DNA of 64,000 nucleotides from Terriglobia bacterium (lineage in GTDB: Bacteria > Acidobacteriota > Terriglobia > 2-12-FULL-54-10). The notes beneath the pieces were generated by a model. It was not told the DNA's origin. It made no database searches and was given only the letters and a program-made list of their open reading frames with translations. Below are positions 31,539 to 41,376 of the stretch, in pieces; the stretch's first letter is position 1; every line of letters starts with the position of its first letter. The stretch lies in contig CAXVYR010000004.1 of NCBI GenBank assembly GCA_963666975.2, positions 864,001 to 928,000 of the forward strand, in the 5' to 3' direction. A program made the translations under genes and the position numbers.

Positions 31539-31999
31539 GTGCTGTAGAAGAAAAACTTCGGCAGATGGGCCTGGAGCTTCCGGACCCTCCGAAACCTGTG
31601 GCGGCTTACGTGCCGTGCATGCGCGCAGGAAATCTGCTCTTTGTTTCCGGGCAGGTTCCGCGCGTAAAGGGGGAATTGAAGTTCCGGGGCCATCTCGGCG
31701 GCGAGTTAAGCCTTGAGGAAGGAGTCCAGGCGGCGCGTCACTGCGCCTTGAATGCGCTCAGCGCAGTGAAGCAAGAGCTGGGGAGCTTCGACCGGATTCG
31801 CCGCATTGTCAAAGTCACAGGTTACGTTTCCAGCGCTGCCGGCTTCAACGACCAGCCCAAGGTCCTGGACGGGGCATCCTTGTTGCTGCATGAACTGCTG
31901 GGTGAAAAGGGCCAGCACGCCCGCGCCGCCGTGGGCGTCAATGAGTTGCCGCTCAATGTGGCGGTGGAGGTCGAAATGATCGTAGAGATAGAATCCTGA
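31535..31999 (+). CDS. RidA/YjgF family protein
   Basis: AAYVP, LFVSGQVP, GQHARAAVG and AVEVE. Confidence 0.92.
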   Translation: MSAVEEKLRQMGLELPDPPKPVAAYVPCMRAGNLLFVSGQVPRVKGELKFRGHLGGELSLEEGVQAARHCALNALSAVKQELGSFDRIRRIVKVTGYVSSAAGFNDQPKVLDGASLLLHELLGEKGQHARAAVGVNELPLNVAVEVEMIVEIES

Positions 32000-32038
32000 G
32001 GGCATCGGGAGTTCATCTATATTAGGAGGGGAAAGAAA

Positions 32039-32419
32039 TTGAAACCGGAATTCAAAGTTGGATTGTCCGCGGAGCTTGCCGAAACCAGCACCGAGGCCCA
32101 AGGCGTGCGGCACCTGGGCGAAGGGGTTCCCGCTTTTTACTCCACCCCGGCCATGATTGCGCTGATGGAGCGGACCTCCATCGAACTGCTCAAGCCCTAC
32201 CTGGAAGAGGGCGAAGGCTCGGTGGGCGTGAAGGTCAATATCAAGCACTTTGCCTCCACCGAGATCGGAGCCAAGGTCCGGGCGAAGTCCACCCTGCAGG
32301 CGATCAACGACCGCCGGTGCGTCTTTGCCGTGGAGGCTTTCAATGAAAAGGGGAAGATCGGCGAGGGCACCCACGAGCGCACCATCATCACCATCAAAAA
32401 ATTTGCAGGCCAGCCCTGA
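32039..32419 (+). CDS. Hot-dog thioesterase (fluoroacetyl-CoA thioesterase FlK-like)
   Basis: STPAMIALMER...NIKHF...GEGTHER, with the Thr/Glu/His triad positions present. Confidence 0.85.
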   Translation: MKPEFKVGLSAELAETSTEAQGVRHLGEGVPAFYSTPAMIALMERTSIELLKPYLEEGEGSVGVKVNIKHFASTEIGAKVRAKSTLQAINDRRCVFAVEAFNEKGKIGEGTHERTIITIKKFAGQP

Positions 32420-32428
32420 CGGCTCCCT

Positions 32429-34045
32429 TCACCGGCCCCTTTTATTAGGGGCGCGTTTCTTCGGAGATCGCTTCCTGCCAGCAGGTTTCCCCCAACCGCC
32501 TCCTCCGGGAGTCTCAATTTTCAGAATGCTTCCCTCCGATGCGGTGAACCCCGTCTTCGAGGGAAGATCAGAATCGCTTCCCGGCAAACTTAACTGATTT
32601 TTCCCCGTCTTGCCCGGCTGGCCTCCCGCCAGGCCGTAGGGCGGAAACCGCCGCCGGTCCGAGAGTATTGTCCCGCGCACCTCGGTGAGGAATTCGATTT
32701 CCCGGATGAGGCCGTCGCCGCCGCGAAACCGGCCCGCGCCGCCTGACCCGCTGCGGAGCGAGTAGCGCCGCACGCGCACGGGATAGGCCGATTCGAACGC
32801 TTCGACGGGGGTGTTGAGCGAATTCGTCATGTGAGTGTGAATCCCGCTCAGCCCGTCAGCCGTGGGGCGAGCGCCCATCCCACCGGCAATTGTCTCGTAG
32901 TACGCAAAGGGTTGCCGGGTGCGCGGATCGATCCCGCCGAAAGAAAGGTTGTTCATCGTGCCGGAGCTGGCCGCGGGAATGCGGCCGGGCAGCGCCTGGG
33001 CCAGCGCCCGAAGCAGCACGTCCACGATTCGTTGGGAAGTCTCCACGTTTCCGGCGGCCACGGCGGCGGGCGGCTGCGCGTTCACGATGCTTCCCACGGG
33101 AGCGCGCACCTCGATGGGGGCCATCAGTCCGGCGCAGGCGGGAACGTCTTCCTCCAGCAAGCAGCGGAAGACGTAAAACACAGCCGAAAGGGTGATGGCC
33201 AGCACCGCGTTCACCCCGCCACGGCATGCCGGGGCAGAACCGGCGAAGTCCACCGCAGCGCGCCGCCCGCGAATCCGTATAGCCACGCGCAGAGGAATGG
33301 GGCGGTCGCTATAGCCATCGTCGTCGAGGCAATCCTCGGCGCGATAGAGGCCGTCGGGAATTCGCCCCAGGGCTTCCGACATCAGGTGTGCGGAATATCG
33401 CTGGAGGGCATCCAGGTAAAAAAGTGTTTTCCGATTGCCGTATTTTTCCCTCAATTCCGTCAAGCGTCGCTCCCCGAGCCGGCAGGCCGCTATCTGGGCG
33501 GTCAAATCGCCTTCTCGTTCCCGTGGCGTGCGGACATTCGCCAAAAGCATCGCCATCACGTCCCTCGCGATCCTGCCGGAGCGCGCCAGCAGGACCGGGG
33601 GAATGCGTAAGCCCTCTTGATAGATCTCTTCGCTCAGCCCCATGGAGGCGGGCTGCGCGCCGCCTACGTCAGAATGATGAGCGCGGTTGGCGACATAAAA
33701 AACCGGCTGCCGTGATCCAGTCGCCATGACCGGCATTACCAACGTGATGTCGGGCAGGTGCGTTCCGCCCGCGTAGGGATCATTCAGCATGGCAATGTCG
33801 CCGGGGCCCGGGTTCAAAGCTTCCACGGCAGCGGCCACCGAGCTTGGCATCGATCCCAAGTGGACCGGCATGTGGTCGCCCATGGCCGCCACCCGTCTGC
33901 TTCCGTCAAACACGGCGCAGGAATAATCGCGGCGTTCCTTGATGTTGGGGGAAAAGGCGGAGCGCCGCAGGGCGGCCCCCATCTCTTCCGCCACCGAGTG
34001 GAAGAGGTTCTTAAAAATTTCCAGTTCTGTGGCGTCAACGTGCAT
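32429..34045 (-). CDS. Hydantoinase B / 5-oxoprolinase subunit
   Basis: SPNIKERRDYSCA, PVHLGS, NDPYAGGTHLPD and TPGGGGWG. Confidence 0.93.
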   Translation of the reverse strand: MHVDATELEIFKNLFHSVAEEMGAALRRSAFSPNIKERRDYSCAVFDGSRRVAAMGDHMPVHLGSMPSSVAAAVEALNPGPGDIAMLNDPYAGGTHLPDITLVMPVMATGSRQPVFYVANRAHHSDVGGAQPASMGLSEEIYQEGLRIPPVLLARSGRIARDVMAMLLANVRTPREREGDLTAQIAACRLGERRLTELREKYGNRKTLFYLDALQRYSAHLMSEALGRIPDGLYRAEDCLDDDGYSDRPIPLRVAIRIRGRRAAVDFAGSAPACRGGVNAVLAITLSAVFYVFRCLLEEDVPACAGLMAPIEVRAPVGSIVNAQPPAAVAAGNVETSQRIVDVLLRALAQALPGRIPAASSGTMNNLSFGGIDPRTRQPFAYYETIAGGMGARPTADGLSGIHTHMTNSLNTPVEAFESAYPVRVRRYSLRSGSGGAGRFRGGDGLIREIEFLTEVRGTILSDRRRFPPYGLAGGQPGKTGKNQLSLPGSDSDLPSKTGFTASEGSILKIETPGGGGWGKPAGRKRSPKKRAPNKRGR

Positions 34046-36152
34046 GTTGCGTTAAGACCAGATTATGGTATTTGTCCACGCGGCAAACAAAGCCGGGCGG
34101 AACGACAACCGTAGAGCTGTACTCCACCACCACCGCAGGCCCGCGGAACCGCGCTCCCGGGCGGAGAGCATCGCGGTTGTAGAATGGCGTCTGATGCCGG
34201 CGGCCGCCAAACCATGCGGTCGTTTTCTTCACAATCAAACCGCCTCCGGCATTCCTGGCAACCCGTTCCTGTTGCAGCCGGGGTTTGCGAGTAGGGATCA
34301 CCAGGCGAATTCGGAGATTTACGATCTCGAGCGGCCGCGCCGTGTCGCGGTATCCGTAAGCCTTTTCGTGCTCCCGGTGGAAAAGCTCGCCAAACCGCCG
34401 CGTGAAAGGAACGGAAAGCTCGTAGCTCTGCCCGGCGTAGCGAATGTCGAGCCGCCGCGCCACTTTTACCGGCCTGTCCGGCATTTGGTCACGGCGAAGT
34501 TCCGCGCGGGCCACCTGCTCCAGGCGCGCGAAACGGCGCTCCAGATTCTCAAATAGTTTTTGCGGCCGGCTGGATTGAGTTTGCTTTCCAGCGGAAGCAA
34601 CGGGCAGCAGCACCGACTGCGAGAGGTCCTTGACGATATCGGAGAGCAGAATACCCATGGCGGAAAACGTGCCGGGATTTTGCGGAACCAGCACCTGTTC
34701 GAGGCCCAGCGACCGGGCCAGTTCTGCGGCGTGCAATCCTCCTGCGCCGCCATAGCAAACCAGCGAGAACTCCCGCGGGTCATGCCCGCGCTCGATGGAG
34801 ATTACCCGCAACGCTTTTTCCATGGTGGCGTTGGAAACGGCGACAATTCCTTGGGCAAGCTCCAGCGGAGTCATCCGGCTGGCTCGCCGGCCTTTTCTGG
34901 TTCCGTCCCGGCCATGCAGAAATTTCTCGAAGCCCCTTTGGGTTGCCTGCGCGTCGAGCGGAAACTCCCCGCCGAGAAAACACTCCGGGTCCAGCCGCCC
35001 CAGCAGCAGATGGGCGTCGGTCACGGCGGGCTGCGTGCCGCCGCGTCCGTAACAAATGGGTCCGGGCACGGCGCCGGAGCTTTCCGGGCCCACGCGCAAT
35101 GCGCCGCCCGCATCCAGCCGCGCCAGCGAGCCGCCGCCTGCGCCCACCGAGTGCACGTCCAGGACAGGCACGGCAACGGGCAAGCCCCCCAGCGTTGTCT
35201 CGTGAGTGGTGCGGGCCGGGCCGTCGAGCAGACAGACGTCGGTCGAAGTTCCGCCCATGTCAAAACTGATGACGCGCCGGATTCCCAGCCGGTCCGCCAG
35301 CCAGCGCGTGGCCACGACACCTCCTGCCGGACCGGAAAGAATGGTGCGCACGGGTTCGCGGGCCGCGCGCGCGGCGGTCGTAATGCCGCCGCTGGACTGC
35401 ATGATGAAAATGGGCGCGCTGCTTTTCTTTTTTTGTTGCCTCGCGTTCTGCTGCTTCCCGCCTGCGGGCGGACGTCCTAGCCCGAACCATCTCTTTGCCT
35501 CCCGGTCCAGACGGCTCAGATACTGGCCGAGCCGGGGAGCTAGAAAGGCGTTGATCACGACGGTCGAAAGCCGTTCGTATTCGCGGAACTCGGGAAGAAT
35601 TTCATGAGAGACCGAAAGGGGCAGGCCGAGGTCGCGAAGGGCCCGTGCGACGGAGCGCTCGTTGGCGGAGTTTGCAAACGAAAATAAAAAGCAGATAGCG
35701 ACAGATTCCGCTCGGGAGCGTTTTACCGCCCGGCGCAGGCGAGCCAGTTCCGCCGCGTCGGGCCGCGCGAGAAGCTTCCCGTCGGCGGCTGTTCGTTCCT
35801 TCGCGCCCCAGCGGAGCGTCCGGGGGACCAGGGCGGGATCGCGCCGGACGTTCAGGTCATAGAGGCGCGGGCGGTTCTGGCGGCCAATTTCAATCAAGTC
35901 CTCGAAGCCTGCGGTTGTCACCAGAGCCACCGGAGCCCCCCGCCGCTCCAGCACGCTGTTGGTGCCGACCGTAGTGCCGTGAATGAGCGTCGGACGGCGC
36001 CGCCGGCTGTTCCCGGCCAGGCGGCGGACTCCCTCCAGAATGCCTCCGGTGGCATCCTCGGGCGTTGAGAAAACCTTCCGGATTTCAATGCGGGAAGCTT
36101 TGAGGACTACGCAGTCCGTAAATGTCCCGCCGGTATCCACACCAATGCGCAT
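34035..36152 (-). CDS. Hydantoinase A / 5-oxoprolinase subunit (ATP-hydrolysing)
   Basis: DTGGTFTD, HGTTVGTN, SGPAGG, DMGGTSTD and GAGGGS. Confidence 0.93.
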   Translation of the reverse strand: MRIGVDTGGTFTDCVVLKASRIEIRKVFSTPEDATGGILEGVRRLAGNSRRRRPTLIHGTTVGTNSVLERRGAPVALVTTAGFEDLIEIGRQNRPRLYDLNVRRDPALVPRTLRWGAKERTAADGKLLARPDAAELARLRRAVKRSRAESVAICFLFSFANSANERSVARALRDLGLPLSVSHEILPEFREYERLSTVVINAFLAPRLGQYLSRLDREAKRWFGLGRPPAGGKQQNARQQKKKSSAPIFIMQSSGGITTAARAAREPVRTILSGPAGGVVATRWLADRLGIRRVISFDMGGTSTDVCLLDGPARTTHETTLGGLPVAVPVLDVHSVGAGGGSLARLDAGGALRVGPESSGAVPGPICYGRGGTQPAVTDAHLLLGRLDPECFLGGEFPLDAQATQRGFEKFLHGRDGTRKGRRASRMTPLELAQGIVAVSNATMEKALRVISIERGHDPREFSLVCYGGAGGLHAAELARSLGLEQVLVPQNPGTFSAMGILLSDIVKDLSQSVLLPVASAGKQTQSSRPQKLFENLERRFARLEQVARAELRRDQMPDRPVKVARRLDIRYAGQSYELSVPFTRRFGELFHREHEKAYGYRDTARPLEIVNLRIRLVIPTRKPRLQQERVARNAGGGLIVKKTTAWFGGRRHQTPFYNRDALRPGARFRGPAVVVEYSSTVVVPPGFVCRVDKYHNLVLTQHAR

Positions 36153-36299
36153 CGTTTTCCGATTTTGTAGTCAGTGAGCCAAGCAAACGGTTGTGATCCC
36201 AGGGCCGCGGAGGGATGAGTGCTCCTAACGAAGTTTTGCAATAGTTGCAACGTTTAGATTTTATTCGAAATGGCTTGCGGGCGCCGATCCAGCACTTCC

Positions 36300-37880
36300 T
36301 CACCGGAGCGGGCGCGTTCCCGCGTCGCGCCCGTCCTCGAATACCACCACTTCGATGTCGCCGAACGGGCCGAGGCTCCTATGGCGCCATCCCGCGAGTT
36401 CGGGCTGCCTGGCAAACCAGGCATTCCAGAAGCGAACTTGCCGATCCCACCCGTAGATCACGAAGCGTCCTGAGCTAGCAAGAGTCTGTTCAGACAAAGT
36501 CATCGCGAACCGTTCCGCTTCCGGAGAGCTTTCGAAGGGGAACAGGTACGGTTTCCCGGGAATCGGATAGACCGTCAGATGCGCGTAAAAAAATCCGGGA
36601 AGCGGATAGTCCGGCCGCCAAGCGGGTGGCCTGGCCTCAACGAAGGGACTCGGGCAAATCACGGGGGTTTCGGGCCCTGGGGCCAGTTCGTTGATCTGGC
36701 GCACCGCCGCGCGCCAGTCCGAGTTGTCGTGCCGCGGCCAAAGTTCACGCCACTGCCCCAGATTCAGCAACACCCCCACGGCCAACAGGAGCGACGCCCG
36801 CTTCCAGCCCGAGGGCGAGAGATAAAGCCCGGCCACAACCGTGGCGGCCAGCACAGCTCCCGGCAGCGCCACGGACAGGTAACGCGGCAAGAAAACGCTG
36901 TTGCCGGTCAAGCCGGAATAGGCAAAAAGTGAGAGAGGCTGACACAACCAAAAGCCGAGAATGAGGGTCAAGGATGTCCAGGAGGGTGTCATCGCATCGG
37001 GCGGACGCTGAAACCAGCGGTTCGTCCGCGAACGCGCAACCTTCAGCGCGCCACGAGCGACTGCTGGCAGCGCGCCACGAGCAACTGCTGGAAGCGGCGA
37101 GCGCCATACAGGGTACAAGTTCAAAAGCCACGCCCCGATGCCACAAACGGCAAGGAGCCCCAGTTTGAGCGAACCTTGCAGGTCCCAGAAGGAAGGAAGC
37201 GGGGCGAAGGCGTGGGCGCTGGCCTCGCGGAGCAGCGCCAGCGCGTCGAGTAGAACAGGCAGGAGGACGAGCCCGAGCAGCATAAACACAACGCCAGGGC
37301 GAACCCAGCCGACGCGTGTCTCACCACGCGCGAGCCGCACCAACGCGTACAGGAAGTAGACGATGTACAGAGGCCAGTAAATGAGATGAACTCTCCAGAG
37401 CAGCCCCGCAAAAAGGACAAAGAGCAGCGCATCGCCCCAGCCGTCCGAATCGAGCCAACGGATGAGAAACAATAAGCTCGCCGCTGCCAAGCAGGTGCCT
37501 AAGGCATAAGGCCGGGCGTCCGCCGCCTGGTAATTGATGCCGCGCAGCGCGAGACACCCAAAAACCGCGAACCATGCGGCCTGCGGATGAATCAGGCAAG
37601 CGGCCAGGCGGGCGATCAAAAACAAGACAAGGGCCATCACCAGGACTGAAGGCAAGCGGTAGGCCACTTCGGAGAGGCCGAATAGAGCATCGGCGCCCTG
37701 CGGCAAGAGATAGTAAATGGTTGCCGCCACCTGCGGGGCGACGGCCAGCGACGGATGCGAAGAGCCGTTCTGGACGACGAAGGCAGTCGCCATCTCGTCC
37801 AACCAGAAACTCGACGGCAGAGGCATCAGCCACAGCCGCGAGACGCACACTGCCAGCAGCAAGAAGAGCAATAGATTCAA
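36300..37880 (-). CDS. GT-C fold membrane glycosyltransferase (GT39/ArnT-like)
   Basis: SFWLDE motif after the first TM, RLPS and ARPYAL motifs, multiple TMs. Start uncertain (ORF open to 38030). Confidence 0.75.
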   Translation of the reverse strand: MNLLLFLLLAVCVSRLWLMPLPSSFWLDEMATAFVVQNGSSHPSLAVAPQVAATIYYLLPQGADALFGLSEVAYRLPSVLVMALVLFLIARLAACLIHPQAAWFAVFGCLALRGINYQAADARPYALGTCLAAASLLFLIRWLDSDGWGDALLFVLFAGLLWRVHLIYWPLYIVYFLYALVRLARGETRVGWVRPGVVFMLLGLVLLPVLLDALALLREASAHAFAPLPSFWDLQGSLKLGLLAVCGIGAWLLNLYPVWRSPLPAVARGALPAVARGALKVARSRTNRWFQRPPDAMTPSWTSLTLILGFWLCQPLSLFAYSGLTGNSVFLPRYLSVALPGAVLAATVVAGLYLSPSGWKRASLLLAVGVLLNLGQWRELWPRHDNSDWRAAVRQINELAPGPETPVICPSPFVEARPPAWRPDYPLPGFFYAHLTVYPIPGKPYLFPFESSPEAERFAMTLSEQTLASSGRFVIYGWDRQVRFWNAWFARQPELAGWRHRSLGPFGDIEVVVFEDGRDAGTRPLR

Positions 37881-38049
37881 GCGGGGATTTTCGATTTTCA
37901 ACTTTCCGTTCGAAAGCTTTCCGGCATGACACCAATGCCTCACTGTATTTCCCAGCCCAATGGTGTTCCCAAGCTTCTTTGAGCCTAAAATAAAAACTCG
38001 CAGAAAAGCTTTTGCTGCCCGCGAGCACATAGTCTCCTCGCCCTAGCTC

Positions 38050-39144
38050 TCATCTTTCGGCGGAAAACTTACCATCCTCACTAATCAGCCTATGCGTCGG
38101 GATGGTTACTTTCTTTTGGGGGTCCTTCACTGTGAAGCCGATTCGGAAGCATTCCACGCCGTGGTCCTGCGCGATTTGCTGCACAGCTCCGAAGTCCTCC
38201 GGGGCGACGACAACGCAGAACCCGATTCCCATGTTGTAGGCGGCAAACATCCCGGCGTCGCTGACCTTTCCGTGATGCTGGATGAGCTGAAAGATGGGAT
38301 GCGGCTCCGGCAGTTGGTCCAGAACGTATCCGGCATCGGCGGCCGCCCGGTTCAGATTCAAAAACCCGCCGCCGGTAATGTGCGCCAGCGCCTTGATCCG
38401 CAGGCCTGCGCGGAGCATGGCCAAGACTTCCTTTACGTAGATTCGCGTCGGCTCCAGCAACTCCTCCCCGATGGTCCGTCCCAGCTCTTTCAGGTGGCGG
38501 TCCGGCGCCCACCCGAGATGGTCAAAGAAAATCCGGCGAGCCAGGGTGAGGCCGTTGCTGTGGATGCCGCTCGACCGCAGCCCGGCAATCACATCTCCTT
38601 CCTGGATATCTTGGCCCGTCAGAATTTTGTCCAGGGGAACCTGACCCACACAGGAGGCGACCAGGTCAAAGCCGTAGCCCGGACGGAGACCGTGAATCAT
38701 CTCCCGCACCTGGGCGAGTTCTCCTCCGGGGATGGTCACGTTTGCCATCTCCGCGCCCCGGTGCAAGCCACAGGCAATCGGTTCGAGCAGGTCCGGATGC
38801 AAGGCCTCGACCGCTATGTAATCCAGCACCGACAAGGGTTCGGCCCCCACGCAGAGGACGTCGTTTACATTCATCGCGACGCAATCTATTCCGATGGTGT
38901 CGTACTTGTGAAGCATCTGGGCAATGAGAATCTTTGTTCCTACTCCATCGGTGGAGAGCGCCAACCCGTTTCCGTTGCCGATGTCGATGACGTTGGCGAA
39001 ATAGCCTAAGGGAAGCTTTACAGCCCCGAGGCCCGGCCGCAGGCGGAAGGTTTGTTCGACCCACCGGCCGAGCAGGGACAGGACGCGGCCCTCCTGTTCG
39101 GTGTCGACGCCCGCAGCCTGGTAATTTAATGAATTTTCCATCAT
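38050..39144 (-). CDS. purM: Phosphoribosylformylglycinamidine cyclo-ligase (AIR synthetase)
   Basis: YQAAGVD, STDGVGTK, AMNVND, SSGIHSNG, AHITGGG and NMGIG. Confidence 0.93.
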   Translation of the reverse strand: MMENSLNYQAAGVDTEQEGRVLSLLGRWVEQTFRLRPGLGAVKLPLGYFANVIDIGNGNGLALSTDGVGTKILIAQMLHKYDTIGIDCVAMNVNDVLCVGAEPLSVLDYIAVEALHPDLLEPIACGLHRGAEMANVTIPGGELAQVREMIHGLRPGYGFDLVASCVGQVPLDKILTGQDIQEGDVIAGLRSSGIHSNGLTLARRIFFDHLGWAPDRHLKELGRTIGEELLEPTRIYVKEVLAMLRAGLRIKALAHITGGGFLNLNRAAADAGYVLDQLPEPHPIFQLIQHHGKVSDAGMFAAYNMGIGFCVVVAPEDFGAVQQIAQDHGVECFRIGFTVKDPQKKVTIPTHRLISEDGKFSAER

Positions 39145-39146
39145 TC

Positions 39147-39590
39147 TCAGGCTGGGTATTTTCCAGTAATGTAGTTATCCAATTGCTGGATTGTTTCTGC
39201 CTGCGTGGAGATGATCGCTTTCACCAAGTCGCCAATCGAAATCGCGCCCACTAGCTTTTCTCCCTCGAGCACCGGAAGATGACGGATGTGATTGCCGGTC
39301 ATGATTCGCATGCACTCATCCACAGTATGGCCGGGAGTCACGGCGATCACCGGGCTCGTCATAATGTCCCCGATCAGGGTCTCTTTGGAAGATTTTCCTT
39401 GCAAAATGACCTTGCGGGCATAATCCCGCTCGGAGATGATGCCGGCCAGCTTGCCTTCGGAGACCACTAGAAGAGCCCCAACATTTTTCTCGGCCATCGT
39501 GGCGATGGCCTCGTAGACGGTTGCGTCAGGAGCCAGCGACCAGATCTGGCTCCCTTTATTTTTTAGAATGAGATGAACGCTTTCTACCAT
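39147..39590 (-). CDS. CBS domain pair protein
   Basis: GIISERDYARK, IRHLPV and ISIGDLVK. Confidence 0.92.
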   Translation of the reverse strand: MVESVHLILKNKGSQIWSLAPDATVYEAIATMAEKNVGALLVVSEGKLAGIISERDYARKVILQGKSSKETLIGDIMTSPVIAVTPGHTVDECMRIMTGNHIRHLPVLEGEKLVGAISIGDLVKAIISTQAETIQQLDNYITGKYPA

Positions 39591-39895
39591 CAGTCAAGAA
39601 TTTCCTCTCCCCGCGAGTTGTCTTATTTTTTCAGGCCCGCGGCAATCCGTCAAGGCAGAAACACCATAAAGTTGGCGGGGGGGCCAACCGGACAATGGGT
39701 ACGCCGCGGGTACGCCGCGCCTGGCCGGAGTCGAACGCTCCCGTATCAGCGCTTGGGGGCATGCCGGCATTATACTGGCCCCCTGGCATTTTCGAGAATG
39801 TTGTGCGGAGGGGGGAGAAGCTGGCGGAAGATTGCGCTACAATGGCAACAGTAGCGGGAAGCCCTAACAAATAGCGTTTCACTTTGGAGGTGGAG

Positions 39896-41086
39896 ATGAT
39901 CGTCGGCATACCTGTGGAGGCCCATGCACATGAACGGCGAGTTTCCCTGGTGCCTGCGGCCGTCCCAACCCTTGCCAAGGCCGGGCTGGAAGTCCTTGTG
40001 GAACGGGGAGCGGGTAAGAACGCCGGTTTCCCCGACGCCGCATACGAGGAGCAAGGAGCCCGTCTGGCGCAGGATCGAATCCAACTGTTCTCCTCGGCCG
40101 ATGTGCTCCTCCAAGTGCGCGGTCCGGGCGCCAACTCTGACGCGGGCCACGCCGATCTGGCGTTGCTCCGCTCGGGTCAGGTGGTGCTGGGCCTGCTGAA
40201 TCCTTTGGGAGTTCCCGACGCCGCGCGGGCGCTTGCCGCAAGGGGAGTCACCGCCTTCGCTCTGGAACTGCTGCCGCGCATCAGCCGGGCGCAGTCGATG
40301 GATGCTTTGACCTCAATGGCCACGGTAGCTGGCTACAAAGCGGTTCTCCTCGCCGCTGGGGCGCTTCAGAAGATGTGCCCCATGATGATGACCGCCGCTG
40401 GCACTGTCACCCCGGCCCGGTTCTTTGTGGTGGGGGCAGGCGTGGCCGGGCTTCAGGCTATCGCCACCTCGCGCCGCCTGGGCGCAGTGGTGCACTCCTA
40501 CGATGTCCGGCCAGCCGTAAAGGAGCAGGTGCAAAGCCTGGGCGCCAAGTTCCTGGAACTCAAGTTGGAGACGGATGGAACTGAGGCGTCGGGAGGGTAC
40601 GCACAGGCCATGGGCGATGAGTTCTACCGCCGCCAGAGGGAGATGATGGGACAAGTGGTGGCCGAAAGCGATGTGGTCATCACCACAGCGGCGATTCCCG
40701 GCAGAAAATCCCCGGTCCTCATCACCGCAGAGATGGTTCAGAGGATGCACCCGGGGTCTGTCGTTTTAGACTTGGCGGCTGAAGGAGGTGGGAACTGCGA
40801 GCTCACCCGGCCAGGGGAAACGGTGGTAACCGACGGCGTCACCATCCTGGGGCCCCTCAACCTTGCCTCCACCGTCCCCTACCACGCCAGCCAGATGTAC
40901 GCCCGAAACGTCACCGCCTTTCTCCAGAACCTGGTGAAGGATGGCGCGCTCCGCCTCAACTTGGAGGACCCGATCCTTCGGGACACCCTTCTCACGCATC
41001 AAGGGCAGGTGGTCCACTCCCAGGTGCGTGAACTTCTAGGCCTGCCCGCTTCCGTACCGACAACCGAGCAAAGGAGTAGTTCCTGA
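39896..41086 (+). CDS. pntA: NAD(P) transhydrogenase alpha subunit, part 1
   Basis: ERRVSLVP, RISRAQSMDAL, GAGVAGL and DLAAEGGGNC. SD GGAGG upstream. Confidence 0.95.
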   Translation: MIVGIPVEAHAHERRVSLVPAAVPTLAKAGLEVLVERGAGKNAGFPDAAYEEQGARLAQDRIQLFSSADVLLQVRGPGANSDAGHADLALLRSGQVVLGLLNPLGVPDAARALAARGVTAFALELLPRISRAQSMDALTSMATVAGYKAVLLAAGALQKMCPMMMTAAGTVTPARFFVVGAGVAGLQAIATSRRLGAVVHSYDVRPAVKEQVQSLGAKFLELKLETDGTEASGGYAQAMGDEFYRRQREMMGQVVAESDVVITTAAIPGRKSPVLITAEMVQRMHPGSVVLDLAAEGGGNCELTRPGETVVTDGVTILGPLNLASTVPYHASQMYARNVTAFLQNLVKDGALRLNLEDPILRDTLLTHQGQVVHSQVRELLGLPASVPTTEQRSSS

Positions 41087-41376
41087 TGGAGTCATTCGTT
41101 TTGACATTGAGTATATTCGTGTTAGCTCTCTTTGTGGGCTTCGAGGTGATCACCAAAGTTCCGCCTCTATTGCACACCCCCCTCATGTCTGGAGCGAACG
41201 CTATTTCCGGCATCACGCTGGTGGGGACGTTGGTGACCTCGGGCCAGCAGCTAACCACCTTCACTACCATTCTCGGGTTCATCGCGGTGGCCATGGCAAC
41301 GGCCAACGTGGTGGGAGGCTTCCTGGTAACACACCGTATGCTCGGAATGTTCCGAGGAAAGGCAAAGGATGTCTAA
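41086..41376 (+). CDS. pntA: NAD(P) transhydrogenase alpha subunit, part 2 (membrane)
   Basis: LHTPLMSGANAISG and NVVGGFLVTHRMLGMF. Confidence 0.95.
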   Translation: MESFVLTLSIFVLALFVGFEVITKVPPLLHTPLMSGANAISGITLVGTLVTSGQQLTTFTTILGFIAVAMATANVVGGFLVTHRMLGMFRGKAKDV

